From NCBI RefSeq assembly GCF_036971445.1, contig NC_091480.1:89094001-89158000 (forward strand): 64,000 nt of DNA, given 5' to 3'. Position numbers and translations under genes: made by a program. Each line of letters starts with the position of its first letter. Positions within the stretch are counted from its first letter, which is position 1. The DNA is from Narcine bancroftii. Lineage: Eukaryota. Positions 13,928 through 26,977 of this stretch are shown here, one piece after another. The notes under the pieces were generated by a model that was not told where the DNA came from, searched no databases, and worked only from the letters and a program-made list of their open reading frames with translations.

Positions 13928-15609
13928 GGGATCTTGCTATGCTTCAGTCCATGACAAAGTAATTTGCTAATTTTTAAAATTTGGCTTTTTAATGTTGATT
14001 GCGTCCTTGAAGTTGTTATTCTTTTTGTTTCTTAATTGTAGCATAACTACTACTTACAATTCGTCTTCATTCATTTCAATAGTTGGCTGAGCACTCTTCC
14101 TTGCCATTCTGTCTGCATATATTCTGCTTTGCCTGCCTTTGCAAACTCATCTCTCCGCACTTCACAAATTTTCTTCTGGGGTTCCCAAAACCACTCAGTT
14201 TCACCTTCCGAGCTTTATATCCCTCAATTCTCATTGCCAACAGTGTATTTGCATTTTCCATTTAATTGCAGAATAAAATATTGAACAGACAAGAATCAGG
14301 GGTTACAGCCAAAGTGGCCACTTATTCCATAAGTACAATAGAACCATAGAACAGTATGGCACACAAAGCAAGCCTTTTGGCCCTTCTAGGCTGTGCCAAA
14401 CTATTATTGTCTAGTCCCACTTACCCATCCCATAGCCCTGCATGCCCCTCCTATTCACATACTTATCCAAATTTATCTTAAATGTAAAAATTGAGCTCAC
14501 ATTCACTATTTCAGCTGGCAGCTCGTTCCACACTCCCAGTGTGAAGAAGTTCCCCCGAGAGGAAGTGGTTTCTCCAGGACCATCTCTGGACTCTTCTCCA
14601 AATGATCTTAAACTGTCACTTGGGACTGAGGATGACTTGCTCCCACTTTGGTTTTGTGGGTGACTGATGAGGCAAAAGTGGGAATGACCAACTCTTCCAC
14701 AGATGGGTGGTTAGTTTGTGAAGTGGTGAGCTCCTTTTGCTGTTTATGGAGGGATCTTGTCTATTCTTGATACATGGACTCAATGTTCCCAACATAATCC
14801 CAAATGCTCCTTTTCCCCCTCTTCGAGCTTTCATGTGACAGGGATCAGCAAGTAATTTTGCATTTTTTCAAGAACGCTTTGAACACTTTTTTTTAAATCT
14901 TCTGTCCATCCAGTAATGTCTGCCTGTGACCAAGGTCAACATAGAATGTTGGTTTTAAAAATGTCTCATGTTCTACACTTCAAACAATATCGTCAGTCAA
15001 ACAGAAGAGGTGACACTGTTGAAGCAAAAGCTGTGTAAACTCGGATGCTGTCTGTTTATCATCTACTTTAAAAATAACCTTGTTATCAGGTCACAATCTG
15101 ACCAACCCTGGACAATCACATTCTGATTCATGCTGCAAAAGAATATTTAATAAACTGCATGGTCCTGCAAGTTTAATTCTCCAGAAAATATCTCTTACAT
15201 TTGCGATAAAAAGCTGTGAATTTCATTGCAGATTAAGATAGGCATCATATTCTCCACACTCTGCATTGTGGGCTAACCCTTTAAATTAGGTAGATTTTTT
15301 TTATAAAGCAGGGGAATGAATGGACATGGGGAAAAAGGCAAGTAGGTTGTGGGGGATGAGCCCATCATCAGATCAGCCACGATCTCATTGAATGGTGGAG
15401 AAGACTCGACGGGCCGGACAGCCGACTCCGGCTCCTATCTCTTATGTTTTCAGGTTCTTAACATTAATAATTGGTAAGGCTCTGAAAGTTAATTGAAGAC
15501 AGAAGATATTTTTAACACTCATCTCCCCTGCTATAGATAAGAAATTTTTTAAAAAGAGAAAAGATAGCAAATGGGTAAGCAGAGGAAGAAAGAGAATGAA
15601 AACCCCCAC

Positions 15610-15673
15610 CGTTTCCATTATGCACTGTTCGAACTTAGAGTGAGACGCAAGTGCCTTTTGACATTGTTTTGCT
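15610..15673 (-). other. Candidate 64-nt coding exon (AKQCQKALASHSKFEQCIMET)
   Basis: ttttccctgtttgtgcag|AGCAAA...GAAACG|gtgggg; only one frame is open; lies in non-repetitive sequence. Confidence 0.35.
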
Positions 15674-16199
15674 CTGCACAAACAGGGAAAATTGCAAATA
15701 TGTGTGTAACAACTTTAAATGCAAATCATTAGATCTGTTTTATTATAAAAGCTGTCATCATTCATATTTCTGACATTTAATCATTACTAATTACACACTC
15801 AGCCAAACTGAATTATGACATTTCTTTGTCATTTATTTCCATAAGCTTCAACTTTTCTTTTGAAAGGATCTGCCAAATGAATTACTGAACAGTCAGGAAA
15901 ATGACTGTTACTTCTGGATTTATTTTCATGTTTAAGAATAGATTTTCACAGTGGGTTTACTGAGGTAATAATGATGCTGAATAAGCCTAGAACAACGCTG
16001 TCACAATTACAAAAGCCCTTTCTGTGAATTTCTGAACAAAGTCCAGCGACGTATCAGCTTGTTTAGGAGTTTATTTCAAGATGAATGACTCTTGTAATAT
16101 TCGGCACTCAAGCTAATAATGAGATTATTGCTTCCATCAAGCAAAGCTCCAACTAGGGTAGCATTTGTGATACCATTTAATTTAAAGTTTTGAAAAATC

Positions 16200-16328
16200 N
16201 NNNNNNNNNNNNNNNNNNNNNNNNNNNNNNNNNNNNNNNNNNNNNNNNNNNNNNNNNNNNNNNNNNNNNNNNNNNNNNNNNNNNNNNNNNNNNNNNNNNN
16301 NNNNNNNNNNNNNNNNNNNNNNNNNNNN
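16200..16328. other. Assembly gap (N run)
   Basis: Run of N bases. Confidence 0.99.
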
Positions 16329-16332
16329 TGGC

Positions 16333-16517
16333 CACCATCCCAAAGTGTCCAACCTGAACACCATCCCAAAGTGTCCAACCTGAACACCATCCCAAAGTGT
16401 CCAACCTGAACACCATCCCAAAGTGTCCAACCTGAACACCATCCCAAAGTGTCCAACCTGAACACCATCCCAAAGTGTCCAACCTGAACACCATCCCAAA
16501 GTGTCCAACCTGAACAC
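16333..16517. repeat. 26-bp minisatellite (caccatcccaaagtgtccaacctgaa) x7
   Basis: Seven identical tandem units next to the gap. Confidence 0.95.
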
Positions 16518-16519
16518 TT

Positions 16520-17050
16520 TGGAGCAGAATTCAGCCCATCGAGACTGCTCCACCATTCAAATCCTGGCTGATTTAGGTTTTTCCTTTCAAACCCATTCTC
16601 CTGCTTTATCCCCATAACCTTTGGCACCCTTACAAATCAAGAACACATCACCCTCTGCTTTAAATATCCCCAATGACTTAGTCTCCACAGCTGTATGTAG
16701 GAATGAATTTAACAGATTTTCCACCTTTGACTAAGGAAATTTCTCCTGTTCTAAGGGATGTCCTTTTCTTCTGAGGCTATGCCGCCTGGTCATAAACTCT
16801 CCCATCACTGCAAGCATCTTTTTCATGTGCATTCTATCCAGCTCATTCAATTTTCAGAATGATTCACCCCCCCCCCCCCCCCAACCCATCTTTCTAAACT
16901 CCATCGATACAGGTCAAAGAGCCATCAAATGCTCCTCATACATTAACCCTTCCATCCCTGGGATTATACTCATCAATCTTCCCTGGAAACTCCAACGCCA
17001 GCACATCCTTCCTCGAATAAAGAACCCAATACTACTTACAATAGTCCAAT
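16520..17050 (-). mobile_element. CR1 LINE 3' fragment
   Basis: Reverse of the CR1 3' region (cagcccatcgag.ctgctccaccattcaa, ccattctcctgc, aaatttctcct), shared with other copies here. Confidence 0.65.
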
Positions 17051-17631
17051 CATGTCAAGTTCAACTACGTTCCAAAGCTATGTTTTATACAGCAAAATAA
17101 CAATAACATTTCAATCGACAAGGGTAACCTGAACCACTCTGAACAGAGGGTCTTAGTTAAAGTGTATTGGTCGGATGGAAACATTATGAACATCAGTACA
17201 TTAGGGTCTCTTCCAAATGTTGGTGAAGGCAAGTACTGGAGTTCTATTCAGTGAAAAATTATAGATTTTGACCCAATGCCGATGAAGGAACTCTGATTTA
17301 TTTTCATGCCGTGATGCTGTGTGTTCGATGTGAACCTACAGACTGGAGCTTAACACTTGCCTATTCCAAACCAAACACAAGTGGCTTTAACCAAAACTAA
17401 ATGCAGAAAACTGACTGTACAGTAGTTTGAAACCTTAAGAAGGAAGAACTGTGGTCAATGTAGTTTAAATGAGGAACATAAGTACGTCAGACAGTGTGAA
17501 GTTGAAAGCTTATTACACAGAAGTCTCACACCAGGAAGCATCCTCACTTAAAACACTAAAAGGTGCTATCTATCTAAGAATGTTTTCGTCTTTGGTTAGC
17601 ACATCGGTTGGGGGGCATTGTTGGTGTAGCA

Positions 17632-18424
17632 CATACATGTCAAACTCAGGCCCGTGGGCCAAATTTGGCCCGTGATATAATTATATTTGGCCCGCAAGAT
17701 CATATCAAATATGTATTAGAGCTGGCCCGCTCAGTATAGCGCATGCACAGCTAATACTACAAATCCCAGAATGCTTTGCAAATGCGTTGGCGCCAGCCCG
17801 TCAGCCCGCTAATCGCTCCCACCTCCTCTCTTTACTTTCGTTAGCATCTGCGACCTGTCGCCTAACTCACATATAATAAACCCCTTACGAAAAATGGCCA
17901 AACGAAAGACAGAAAACAGGACCTTTCAAGGCAGGTGGGAGGCAAACTCTGACCCCAGAGTTTGATGAACTTGCATCTAAGAAGAGATGCCAAGTATCTG
18001 GTTTAGACCCAGGTGCATCAGAGTAAATCACAATGGAGCAAGCTAAGCTTGGATTCATATTTTCTTTGGTTAACTTTGGACTGTTCATAGTTGAAAGATT
18101 GGATTTTCATTGAAGCAAGTTGTTATTTTTTTGACTTGTTGGCTTGTGAAAAAAAATACATTTAAAAGGAGCTTAAAGGCTATAGAGAAATATTATTTAT
18201 TGAATATTTTATTTCTCATTTGTTAATGCTTCTTCTGGAAAGAGTTTAACCAAAACTATTATTAAACATTTATTTTAATAAGAAAAAGTTTAACATTACA
18301 TATGTTGAAAGAAGAGAAAACATGCAGATGTTGTTGAAAATTTTCAATAAATATTTAGTTCGACCCTCGACTTAGCCCAGGTTTTTAATTTTGGCCCTCT
18401 GTGAATTTGAGTTTGACACCCCTG
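17632..18424 (+). mobile_element. hAT (Charlie/SPIN-like) internally deleted DNA transposon inserted in a SINE
   Basis: TIRs ca..tgtcaaactca / tgagtttgacacccctg; 8-bp TSD gtgtagca/gtgtagcg; transposase N-terminus MAKRKTENRTFQGRWEA joined to C-terminus TLTPEFDELASKKRCQVSG. Confidence 0.85.
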
Positions 18425-19149
18425 GTGTAGCGGTTAGTGTCAAATCCCATGCTGTCTGTAAAGAATTTGTACGTTCTCCCTACGTCTGTGAGGATTTTTC
18501 CTGGGGGCTCCGGTTTCTTCCCACTGTTCTAAATGTACCGGGGTTGTAGGTTAATTGAGTGTAAATTGGGTAGCACAAGCTCATGGGACGAAATGGCCTG
18601 TTACTATGCTATATGTCTAAATTTAAATTTATAATATAAATAATGATCTGATGAACCAAATTTTCCTATTCCACCATCTGTCTTCCCTCATCGGTCATCA
18701 GATCTCCTCTTCTCTCTGAACAATCACAGTAAGGAATATGTTATATCCTTCTTTTACTTTTCATCATCATTTGGCCTGGGTTTCCCCAGCAAAGTTGCAC
18801 AAAGGAATAATTGTTGCTTTCCTGTGTCCATCAACAACACTACCACCTCCAAACTACTGCAGTAGAGTTTTCAACCCAAATGCGCCCAAGACCTTCAATC
18901 ATGCATCAGCTTCATTCATTCATGACCAGTTTCATGGACCTCCTCAGTCAATACCACTGGCTGAACCAGATAATTTACAGCACTGTATCATACTTACCCT
19001 TTGAGTTGAGCTCCTGACCCCATGAACCTTTCCAACCTTTTCCATCCTTACCATTCCTTTAAACCTGTCTGTTGAAATTCTCATCCATGTTCTAGGTCTG
19101 GTGATCTCCCAATGTCATCCTCTTCTCCATCCAACATAAACTTTATGAA

Positions 19150-19930
19150 ACAGGAGTTCGACCACACTGGTTTCCACATCATAGGAAGGATGTGCTTGTG
19201 CTGAGCAGTGAAAAGGACATTCATGAGGATATTTAAGGGATTCGAGGGTTTTGGTTATGGAGTGAGATTGGATTGGCTGGGTTTGTTTTCTCTGGAGTGA
19301 AGGAAGCTGAGGGGTGACGAATGGAGTTCAGCGATGGTCTGTCCTGGGACCCTTGCTCTGTGATTTCTGTAAATATCATGGATGAAGATGTGGCAGGATG
19401 GCAGGCACATGAATGAAAGAAAAATGGAGAGTTATGAGATAGGGAAGATCTTGTTTTTTTTGTAAAGATAGGTCGGTGCAACATCATAGGCTGAAGGACC
19501 TGTACAGTGCTGCAATGTTCTATGCTCCAATTATGAGAGGTAGAGTCAGGGTAGGGAGTCATGTTCTTTTTCCATTTAAGGTATTTCAAAAATAGAGAAC
19601 ATTGGTACATGGTGAAAGCAAGTTTTGAGGAGTTTGTTTCTTTTTTTTTTAAAAACACTGGGAGTGATTAATACCTGGAAGTTGCTGACAGAGGAGGTGG
19701 AACCAGATACATGCACTATGTTTAAGAGATGTTTAGATGTGCACCTGAACAGGCGAGGTGTAGAATGAGATAGACCTAATGTGGGCAAATTAAATTAATC
19801 AATGACCAAAAAGGTTGGCATGGACATGGATGCGCTTCCGCGCAGTGTGGCACAGCAGAGGGCACGCATCCGCGCAGTGTGGCGCAGCAGAGGGTGCGGT
19901 TCTGTGCTGTACAACTCTAAGTTCTCTCCT
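19150..19930 (+). mobile_element. Two degenerate CR1 3' fragments
   Basis: ataggaaggatgtg..., gttttctctggag.gaaggaagctgaggggtgac, and a CR1-type 3' UTR. Confidence 0.55.
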
Positions 19931-20945
19931 AGTTCCCATTTCACAAGTCCATTCTCCCATCAACCTTGCTCACTGGTCCACATTAGCTCCCAAGACAAAC
20001 AAAATCTCAAATGTGAATTGTTTTGCTCTATTCCATCTCCAAAGAATCTTCTCTTTTCTTCCCAATGACCCCGACTCCTTATGCATCCACAATATCTGCA
20101 CGCCACCATGTGTCAACATACCTTCATGGCCCTGCCCCATATTCATTCTTTGTTCCTCCATACACAAATGCAACTCTTAGTCACTCCTCCTTCTCTGGTT
20201 AACGGCTTTGACTGTACTCTTGTAGGTGAGAGGGTGCCAAGGCTTCCTGCTCATTCAGAGGGGTGCATCCGGAGTGCGGATTGCTAATGGTTTGGACTGA
20301 AGGCTGCAGAGACTGTGGGATAGCTGGGGGCGAAGCCATGGACACTCAGCGACTCTGAGGGAATTCCCTTTTGCTTCCCTTTCTCTGACAGCAAGGAGCA
20401 CCAGTCAATTTCTGTTGATGCCAAATCTTTGTCTGCCTTCCAGTAGCATCTCTTTTTTGACAACAAAAATGTTTTTTTTTCTAAAGTATGACTTAAAATT
20501 TCACTCACTGTCAGTTGCACTGAAAGGTAATGTTAGTAGTTTGCAATCTGTTGCAGTCAATAGAATAAATGTTGTTGGCAGATGATTGGCATTGTAGCTT
20601 GCTTAATGTTACTGACCAAGGAAAGGCATGAAAATTGCTGCAGGGAAATGGTGACTTAAGCAAGCATGGATTGTCTGGACTTTACCCCCATCTGCTGTTC
20701 AGAATAGGTATAACATGACTGGATTATTTGTTGTGGGAACAAATGCCACAAAATCTTGGTTGTCATTCATTACAAAATAGTATAACCGTGCAACTTACTT
20801 ACTGCAGCACAAATAGTGCAGTCAGTTTAAAGTATGTGAGAACTTGTTTACCTTTGAATGCATTGACAAACAGTAAGAAAGTAAAATAAATGGAGTCTCA
20901 AAAAAATGACCTCTAACCTCAATGACCCTCATCATCCAGGGAACC

Positions 20946-21148
20946 AGCGGTTCTCAACCTTTTTTTTCCAATCTAAGGCCCACCTGGCTTCTGGCCTAAC
21001 ATGCCATGGCCCACTAGTGGTGACTGAGCAATATTTTCAAGTCAAAGGCATCTCTGTAAGAAATACATCTTTGTCTAATATGAAGTATTTTATTAAACAT
21101 TTTTAAAGAAGTCTCTGTAATCTATAGCCCTCTAGTTGGGAACCACTG
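20946..21148. mobile_element. hAT-type MITE
   Basis: TIRs cagcggttctcaac / gttgggaaccactg. Confidence 0.6.
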
Positions 21149-23224
21149 ATCAGGTCAAGCCCTCGTCATCCTGAAGACAAGCACTGAATGGTATAAAAAC
21201 AGCTTCTTCCCCTCTGGCCTCAGATTTCTGAATAGACAAACCATGGTCACAACGTCACCTCTCTTATTTTTGGACTAATTTATTCATTTTTTTTTTTTTT
21301 TAAATATGATTTATAATGTTTGCATTGTGATGTTGCCACAAAACAACAAATTTTGTGACGTGTTCATTACAATAAATTCTGATTCTGAAAGCAAACAAAC
21401 AGAACGAATCAATCAACAGTAGGAAAGTTAACCAACAGACAGAATTGACAAGCAAACATCCCAGATGTGTGGAGAGCAGAGCATCAAATAATGGCCACAT
21501 TTGAAATATTTTGAACTTTTGATATTTCAGGAAAAGATGGAAATTGAGAACCAATTCTTCTAAAGGGTAAAGTCAGCATTTTCACTGTTCAGTGAAAATG
21601 CTAAAGCTGGTGTTTCTAACCTACTGTGCCTTGGAAATAGACAAGAGAAAGATTTTGTGTCTTCACTTTACTGTAAAAATTTGGGATGCCAAGTCAAGTC
21701 ACCTTTATTTGTCGTTTATACATGGTATACATGGTAAAGACAAGATAGCGTTTCTCCAGGACCACAGAGCAGATTTACATAAATACAAGTTAAAATATTA
21801 AGACGTGTACAATAAAAGTTCACATAGGTTCTGGAAATTCAGGAGATTGATGGCTTGAGGGGGAAAAAAAAACCTGTTGTCCAAACTGAATGCTAGGGCC
21901 TGACTGCTATGGTATCACCTACCAGATGGCAGAAAGAAGTTTACTTGAGGGGTGTGTGAAGTCCTTCACTATGTTTATTGCTTTCTGCATGCATCATGTG
22001 TTGTAGGTGTCCGTCATGGGAAGGAAAGAGCCCCCAGTGATCTTTTCTGCTGATTTCGCTTTCGTCTGACGGTTGGAGGTGGTACAGCTTCCAAACCAGG
22101 TGGTGATGCAATTGCTCAGAATGTCAATTGATGGTTCTGTAGGTTCACAGGATTGTTTATACAAGTGCATTACAATGACATCAGTGCTTGCTGGCTAATA
22201 CCCCAACCTTCTCTGCTGCTGAGGTTTAAAACAATGATATTGGGGTTGGGATGATGTTTCAGCATTCTTGTTCTTGGAAATTTAATTGCGATGGAGTTGC
22301 TGAACCAACACACAAAATCAACCAAAATATATTAAAAATCAAATGAGTGAAACATTCATTCTACTTGGGTCTTCCATTGCTTTCCACGTGAGCCCAGGAG
22401 TCAAATTGGTCCCGAAAAGGGCCCACGTGCAAAATTGGCCAAATTCCAGGTCTGAGTGGGGAGATTCTACTACTGTTTTGGAAAGTTCTTCAAATTGTGC
22501 TATATTCTTTCACATAGGGGAATGAAAAGGCATGGCTTTCTACCTCTATTCATTTTTTAAAATCCATTAATCAACTGAGAAAGTGACAAATGTACTTCAG
22601 TGAACTTAAGTGGTTTTGTAAAGATTCATTTAAAAAGTTGCTAAAAATCAGTTGTCAGCCTGAACAACCACATTAAAAATATATATTTTTGTTAATGAAA
22701 GTCAATAAAAAATGTCTGAGGCCAATATATTGACCAATATATTTTCTATTAAATTGAATTTTTTTTTAAAATGATCACGTCACATTATTCTGCCTGGTTA
22801 ACACTAGTTCAAGGAAAGTTTTAAGACTGTAATTATGCAAATCAGGTTTAATGGAAGCTTAAGCTGCATTTTGGGACCAATTTCCTAATTATGGCCAAAG
22901 TGGAAATTCTATCCCAAAATACACAAATAAATGTCTGTGTTTTCCAGTCTACATTACTTCAGTTCTGGCAGAAGCCCGCACCATAAATTCCAAGTAATTA
23001 TTGTACTTGCGTCACATTTGGGTCATTGAAAATATCCCTCAATACTGCACGTACAAAAGCAAATAAATCATTTCAGGTTAGATGCTGCAGGTATCCATCA
23101 CTCAATTATGGTGAAACGTGTAAAGCACATCAGCACACTTGTATAAAATGGTGTCCCCTTCCCACTCCCCTCTTCCAATTCTCATCACGCAAGGATAGAA
23201 TGCAAGAGTCCCAACAAAGCTAAT

Positions 23225-24012
23225 AGAGTAAAAAAAACCTCTGGGTATCTGGAACCTATGGGGGATTAGTAGATGCCGGATAAGAGCATTTTCCGGTTGC
23301 TTGAGATTTATTCTTACATTGCCTGACTAATACACCTGCATGAATACTAAACAGTTTAAAAGACCAAAAAAAAAACATGATATTGTACTTACACTGAACA
23401 AACTTCATGAATATATAGACCCTTAAAACATTTTACTTTATTTCAGTCACATTCTTTGAAAATATTTAACCGTCACTGCATCTCCCCCTGAACGGAGCAG
23501 CTCAAAAGATGAACATTATAGATAATTAACCCTCCCTCCCCAAAGTTTACAGATAAAACCTCTGACTGGGGCTACTAAGCAGGGATAAGGAGACACTTAA
23601 AGAGTCACCCCCCCCTAATTTTTTTTTTAATAATTTTTTTTAATGTAATCCTATATGTTATTCATGTTATAAAATTTTAAATAAAGTTTAAAAAAAAAAT
23701 AAAAAAAAAAAGAGTCACCCCAACGGTATGCAACATCAACCAGCTCTTCATTTTATTCAAATACAACATTATTCAAACTTTTTTTTTTCAAGCAGGTGTC
23801 ATGAGCAAAGCTCGACCAAAGCACTCCGCTGGCTAAATATTGGCTTCCACCTTCACTAAAGGTTCACATGTTGCTTCAGAGAACATTCATTTTTACAATT
23901 TTAAACTTAAATAAGAATAAAATAGGTTAAAAAATGTATTTTAATTTTTTTAATTTATTTTCCACCATTTTTTTCCCAGTTGCTCAGATTCCGGATATCA
24001 GTGGTTTTACTG
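23225..24012. mobile_element. Tigger-like MITE containing a short polyA-tailed retro-insertion (~23612-23708)
   Basis: Ends similar to the 47793-48177 and 54477-54692 family; the internal A-tailed insert is flanked by direct repeat aaagagtcaccc. Confidence 0.6.
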
Positions 24013-24756
24013 TAGACAGGGGGGTTGTGTTGAAAATGGCTCAAAAAGCTAAATTCAATCCCCTAGGACCTTATTGTAAAGCTTTTCCATATGCAGCTGG
24101 CCTTGAAGTCATTGTAAAGCCCATATTCTGCCTGGTACCTATTGCAGATGGCCACCATTGTGGCTTGGGCATCAACATTGGGCTTAATTTTTTTGGAATC
24201 AATTTCATGGCCGTCCTTGATGACTTAAATTTTCCCGTAATATTCTCATGCACCATGCACAGAAATGTTCCTCCACAAAATGGAATTTCTAGGCCATTGG
24301 AATAAGGGCTTTTCATTAATTTAATTTTCTTTTCAACTGTTCAGCACATTGATATATTCTGCAATCTTTAGTGAATTTTCTGTTTAACTAAAAAAAATTC
24401 AGTTTGATTGGCTTCTCCATGAGTTAAGAGCTATTGCCCGCGTAGACCATGAAGTTTCCTCCACTCCACGAGACATCACTAAAGGGAATGATGGATGAAA
24501 TGTGAAGGGAAAGTTTGGACTTTTACAGAAGCCACTTGTAATCTTAGGATGTTGCAAGATAACTACAGGAGCAATGAAGTCGTTTTGAAATGATGATACT
24601 CTTAAAATGAAGAGAATCCTCATAAACGCGGATGTTTTTTCCCCTGAAATGATTAGAGAATAAAGGTTGGCCAGAATAGCAAGGAAAATTCCGTGGGAAT
24701 GGTGAAGTTGGGCAACTTACCTTCATCTAAAGGAGGCGGCCATGACATTTCATTCT

Positions 24757-25052
24757 TGTGATGCGCCATCAAGGAGAAAAGCAGACACAAAGCAAAGAAT
24801 GTTGAACAGGCTTTATTCCACACAAACTTCCACAGAGCTGGGTGTGAGAGTAGCTGTGCTGGCTCTGAGACTGACCATGAGGGGCCAGAAGTAGTTTATA
24901 TCCTGGAGGGTGATTGGCAGCCGACCGGGTGGGGCTTGGTCCATTCAGGTCAGCTGATTGACAGCCAGCCAGGTGTTGCCTTGTCCTCCAGTGCTCTTCC
25001 TGCAGGGACACAGGTCGCCGCCCCCTGCAGTCGGCATAGGTGCATCACCACA
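24757..25052 (-). mobile_element. Solo LTR of the same family as 3383-3671
   Basis: TGTG...CCACA termini; shared internal sequence (aacaggcttta, ttccacagagc, ggggcttg.tccattcagg). Confidence 0.7.
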
Positions 25053-25849
25053 GTCCTTGAACTTGGATGTCATCAAACCTGCATAAAGTTTGATTTCACC
25101 TGGAGCAGAATGCATGAATAAATATTTCCAGTAGAAACTGAGCCAATTGCAAAATTAGACCAGGAGCTTCCAAACATGATTCACATTAGCAGGGTTGATC
25201 TTTTCTCAAGTACAGAAATCAGTATTTTCACAACAACCAATTCTACATAATCGCACTGAACGTGTCAATCCATGGCCATTGTGAAGCAATCTCAATTAAA
25301 CTAGGGACGTGTATAATTTAAAAGGACATTGCACTCTGCTAACATTAGGTGAACTTTCGAAATGACTGCAGACTTTACAGACAGCTTCCCTTATCAGTGT
25401 GATTGAGCTAACAGGGTGGTACATTGCAGAGATGCACAAGTTCACCTATTACCAAAAACTACTGTTCAAGTTCCCAACATGTCAGTAAGTCATGCTGCAA
25501 AGCTCACACATCTTGTATTACAGTTCTCCAAATGCATAAATGCCTAGTACTCAATAATAATGTATCTGAAACACCACGTGGCTTTGTGTCACAATATCAT
25601 TCTCCTGTGACCTTGATATACTATTGAATCCAGTATGGTTATGCGCAAGAACATTTCTATGCTGTTATTAGAATAGTTCTATAGCTCAACATGAAAGTTC
25701 CCTGGAGGCAACCATTACACCTGCTGAAATACCATGTTTATTGTCAACAGTTCCAGTTTAACATCATTCTTTGACATTGCTTCTGGTTTTAGTTAAAGAG
25801 AGAGGAAAATGAAGGGTAATCGTGTTATTCCTGATCTAATTGATATTTG

Positions 25850-26170
25850 CGTGGCCCTAAAGGTTGTCATAGCCGAAGGGTGGTAGTGGGGACAAGCTCC
25901 CACTGCTACATAAATGCTCTTCATGGCATGCGTCTCAAACAGCCTCGGACTAATTTGTTGCCCCTGGTAATAAAGCACCGACACAGCAACACCTGCATTG
26001 GTGCTGGCACCAAACTCTATTGACCTTAGTCTTTCCTTTGGACCTATAATCAGCATGGTGGGGGGAGGGGGGGTTCCAATGCATCTCCACATCAACTCTA
26101 CTCTGGCTTGTGCCCTGGAGAGGACACTCCAGCCAGGATCAGCCTCAACAGCCACAGATGATACTGCTCA
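25850..26170 (+). mobile_element. Non-coding interspersed repeat, internally deleted copy of the element at 43530-44176
   Basis: Shares gtggc.ctaaaggttgtc.tagccgaaggg and tgtgccctggagagg.cactccagc. Confidence 0.6.
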
Positions 26171-26396
26171 ACTAATCTGTAAGGGTTAAAATAAACTGTA
26201 AGTATCAAGTAGCCAGTAGACGATGACATATTTCATCCTGTCTCCTAGTAACAGCCAGCTTCAAAGTTATAGCTAGGCAGGGTCAGTGCCATGGCAAAGG
26301 GGGTCATTAGGGTAACTGGGGGCACAGCCTAATGCTCGAAAACTCGCTCACCAGGGTGGGGGAGGGGGGTGGGGGGAGTGTGCTCTGTCCCTCCAA

Positions 26397-26586
26397 TGTA
26401 GCAGACGAATACACTGCTTGTAATACGTGGAGAGTCTCTGGCATCACTAACATGTGTCAAGCATCACTAGCGGCTAGTGATGCTTGATGCATGCTAGTGA
26501 CTCAGGCCGGAGTGAGTCCGAGTGTAATCAGTTGCTGTGAATGGGTCTGACAGTGGTCTGGGGTCGCGGGAAGATACAACACCACA
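26397..26586 (-). mobile_element. Short solo-LTR-like element with internal palindrome; possibly related to ~13290-13476
   Basis: TGTAG...CCACA termini; perfect 15-bp inverted repeat at 26457-26487; no TSD seen. Confidence 0.45.
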
Positions 26587-26977
26587 TTTGGGGAGGGAGG
26601 TAATGGCCGTGAGTTTGTGGGATGGGTCACCATAGCTTATTTGGGGGTGGGAAATGCCATGGATTCCCCCCCAACCCTCCGGCATTAATCCTGCAGTTCT
26701 TGAGATTAACGCTACTTTTTACTTCTTTTGTGAAGATGGAAGGACTTGAATAGGTACAAAAAACATTTATTGACCATTTTAAGCATCATTTAATTTTTTA
26801 CCATAGTTTTAGTACTGTATAACAAAGTTGTAATAATTAGTAACTGATATTAAGTTTAATAAACCATGGAAAACTCAACTTTAGTACGTACATTTTCTTG
26901 AATGAGTCATAAACAATGACACTCTAGTCTTTCCAAGGAAGATCGTCACAACAAAACCAGTGACTACCAGAGGAATA

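Noticed and set aside
16076-16627. ORFs spanning the gap
   Set aside because: Built from the minisatellite plus Ns; the unique part resembles a decayed L1 ORF2 at best.
23934-24726. Overlapping 60-123 aa ORFs as a host exon
   Set aside because: Interrupted in all frames; FRGKNIRVYED resembles decayed L1 ORF1. Similar old L1-like relics occur at ~400-700, 34300-35000, 36450-37200 and 62100-62340.
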